The translations under genes were made by a program, and so were the position numbers. The notes beneath the pieces were generated by a model, which saw only the letters and a program-made list of their open reading frames with translations, was not told the origin of the DNA and made no database searches. Shown here one piece after another: positions 61,696 through 63,615 of a stretch of 63,615 nucleotides of DNA. This DNA is from Obrimoposthia wandeli (taxonomy: Eukaryota): NCBI GenBank assembly GCA_977020255.1, contig CDROCS010001688.1:248001-311615 (forward strand), given 5' to 3'. The first letter of the stretch is position 1; every line of letters starts with the position of its first letter.

Positions 61696-62442
61696 ATGAA
61701 ACTGGGTATTTTATTGTGTGACGATGTAAGATCTGAACTGCAAATCAGGCATAATAATTATCCTGAAATGTTCTCTGGTATATTTCTCGATGCAGACCCA
61801 ACGCTTGAGTTAATGTTTTATCGTGTTATGGATAATCAATTTCCAACATTACTCAGTGAATGCGATGCGTATATTGGTTCAGGCAGTAAATACAGTGTTT
61901 ATGATGATATTCCGTGGATCCATCACCTAGCTCAATTTGTTCGCGATCTTTATCAACACCAAATCCCTTTTGTTGGTGTCTGTTTTGGGCATCAAATGAT
62001 AGCGCACGCTTTAGGTGGCACTGTCATAAAATCTGACAATGGCTGGGGCGTTGGTTTAAAGACATGGTCTTTAGTCGCAAAAAAACAATGGATGCAATCC
62101 GATCAAAACGTGGAAGAAAAAAGCACATTTTCTCTTGCCGTCAGTCATCAAGATCAAATAATAGATCTACCTAACGATACAGAGATATTAGCAAGTAGTG
62201 ACTTTTGCCCACATGCAATGATCCAAGTTGGACAACATTTTCTTGGTATACAAGGACACCCTGAATTCACCAGCAATTACTCGCGAGATTTAATGATAGC
62301 CCGCCGTGGCGATATACCCGCTTACGTTATTGAAGCCGCTAAAGCCTCACTCGATCATTACAATGATCAAGGAGAGGTTACTCACTGGATGTTGGAATTT
62401 ATAAAAATACACATTGAACATCATAAGAGCATACCCTCTTAG
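61696..62442 (+). CDS. Class I glutamine amidotransferase-like protein (possible gamma-glutamyl hydrolase)
   Basis: GVCFGHQ nucleophile, SHQD, QGHPE. Confidence 0.9.
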   Translation: MKLGILLCDDVRSELQIRHNNYPEMFSGIFLDADPTLELMFYRVMDNQFPTLLSECDAYIGSGSKYSVYDDIPWIHHLAQFVRDLYQHQIPFVGVCFGHQMIAHALGGTVIKSDNGWGVGLKTWSLVAKKQWMQSDQNVEEKSTFSLAVSHQDQIIDLPNDTEILASSDFCPHAMIQVGQHFLGIQGHPEFTSNYSRDLMIARRGDIPAYVIEAAKASLDHYNDQGEVTHWMLEFIKIHIEHHKSIPS

Positions 62443-62598
62443 CATGACCCAAACCTCACTGATAACTATCAACCGCAGACATTTCACCTATTACCCATCG
62501 GTTGGTGACTCTGGCTCATCATTGCTTAATGCATTCAGTAGTGAACTATACTTAAAGCCATAATTATACTATGGCTAAATAGTATCGAGGGTAGTGTC

Positions 62599-62779
62599 AT
62601 GAAAGTTGTCTTTTATATCATTAGCAAAATGTACTTCAAAAAGGTGACAGTAACTACACCTGCTTTCCTACCCTGCTCAGTTGCAAGGTAAAGCCCCTAT
62701 GTGTATCGATAAATCATGGATGGAATGGGCTGACGCATGGATGAATAAGAAGCCTTTTACTGCAAAAATATGGCATTAA
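62599..62779 (+). pseudogene. Frameshifted remnant of a conserved hypothetical protein
   Basis: SD GAGGG + ATG; pieces KGDSNYTCFPT and APMCIDKSWMEWADAWMNKKPFTAK lie in different frames. Confidence 0.35.
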
Positions 62780-63467
62780 GCCGTAACAAAACGACACTCG
62801 ATTACATCGATGCGAGTGATCTTCGACACATATTTTTAATAAGAATTAAAATACACGTCAACAATCATAAAATCATGATTTAGAATAAGTTAACCGTAAA
62901 ACGATATGCCACCATAAGTGTATTGGCGCACATAATTTAATGCTTTAGGCTATTGATTACAAATTGATAAAGGGAGGAATCATGGGTAAGCGATGCACAT
63001 CAATCACCAGCAGTTATGAGGCACTCTGGAGTAAAGGATTAATTAATGACTTAAAACAAGCCGCAACGTGCGACATTAGGAATCTCTGTCGTATTCCTTG
63101 TGATAAGTGTCCCAATACGTCGAGTAAATTCAATTTCGAAAAAATAAAAATTTCAGGTTTAGACAATTACAACCTGCAAATTCACAAAATAAATACCAAC
63201 AATATATTTATAACCATTAATGCTGAAGGCATAAGTCACTGGGCACTACAGCATAACGTTAAGCGAAAGCTATAAACAAAACAAGCAATAGCGTTTTATG
63301 ACGTAAAACGACAACAAGTTAATGATAGAACCACTCTTTAGCAGCATTCTTCTCATAATCAAGTACACTATAGGTATGTAAGAATAGTTCGTGAACCTAC
63401 GCACTAACAGGCGCAGTTGAGCCTCCTATTGAATCAATGATCATTAGAAAAGAAAATACTAAGTATC

Positions 63468-63615
63468 ATGACGAATAATAAAATAACCAAAGCCAAACTA
63501 GGCAAATGTTTCACCTTTGATTGTTCAACAAAAGAACTAAAAGAAAATGAACGCTTCATTGAGTTAAACCGTGCTGAGAGGGAAATACTCTGCTATTTGA
63601 TCCAAAATGCTAATA
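63468..63615 (+). CDS. Partial N-terminus of a putative ToxR/CadC-like winged-helix regulator (cut by the window edge)
   Basis: MTNNKITKAKLGKCFTFD...IELNRAEREILCYLIQNAN. Confidence 0.55.
   Translation, partial: MTNNKITKAKLGKCFTFDCSTKELKENERFIELNRAEREILCYLIQNAN

Noticed and set aside
62964-63407. 103-aa ORF and downstream broken frame as a real gene
   Set aside because: No recognisable domain or clear start; possibly a pseudogene, but unsupported.

Overview
AT-rich chromosomal window from a marine gammaproteobacterium (Moritella/Photobacterium/Vibrio-like, judged from gene content and sequence style; not proven). I recognised no rRNA, tRNA, CRISPR array, integrase or intact transposase. Left part (1-25.7 kb): M20 peptidase, CYTH protein, PhnD/C/E-like ABC transporter, a LysR/opine dehydrogenase/YfcC transporter unit, isochorismatase, orphan DmsC-like anchor, MFS/LysR pair, stand-alone nagA, a 1385-aa GltD-FdhF fusion formate dehydrogenase, cheV, and pdsO/pdsR/pdsS with no sortase or sortase target. 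Middle (25.7-37 kb): accessory patchwork of micro-ORFs, TATA-ended palindromic miniature repeats, arylsulfatase, VOC/GFA/ABM genes and several pseudogenes. 35-50 kb: a same-strand block with a crystallin-domain PI-PLC, two secreted phosphoesterases and a fructose-family PTS cluster. That cluster is built from two copies of an [unknown ~170-aa ORF - EIIB - EIIC] cassette around a GH38 MngB-like mannosidase and a PtsA-type HPr-EI-EIIA; this is the best candidate for an undescribed system. Right part: frameshifted PhyH gene, MBL hydrolase, arfA with a stop-codon-enclosing hairpin and an ssrA-like C-terminus, serine hydrolase, MaoC, AlkD, cytochrome c, and a GS-like/ALDH/ADH/GATase gamma-glutamylation cluster with an interrupted ALDH. 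All family assignments come from motif recognition by eye, not from database searches.
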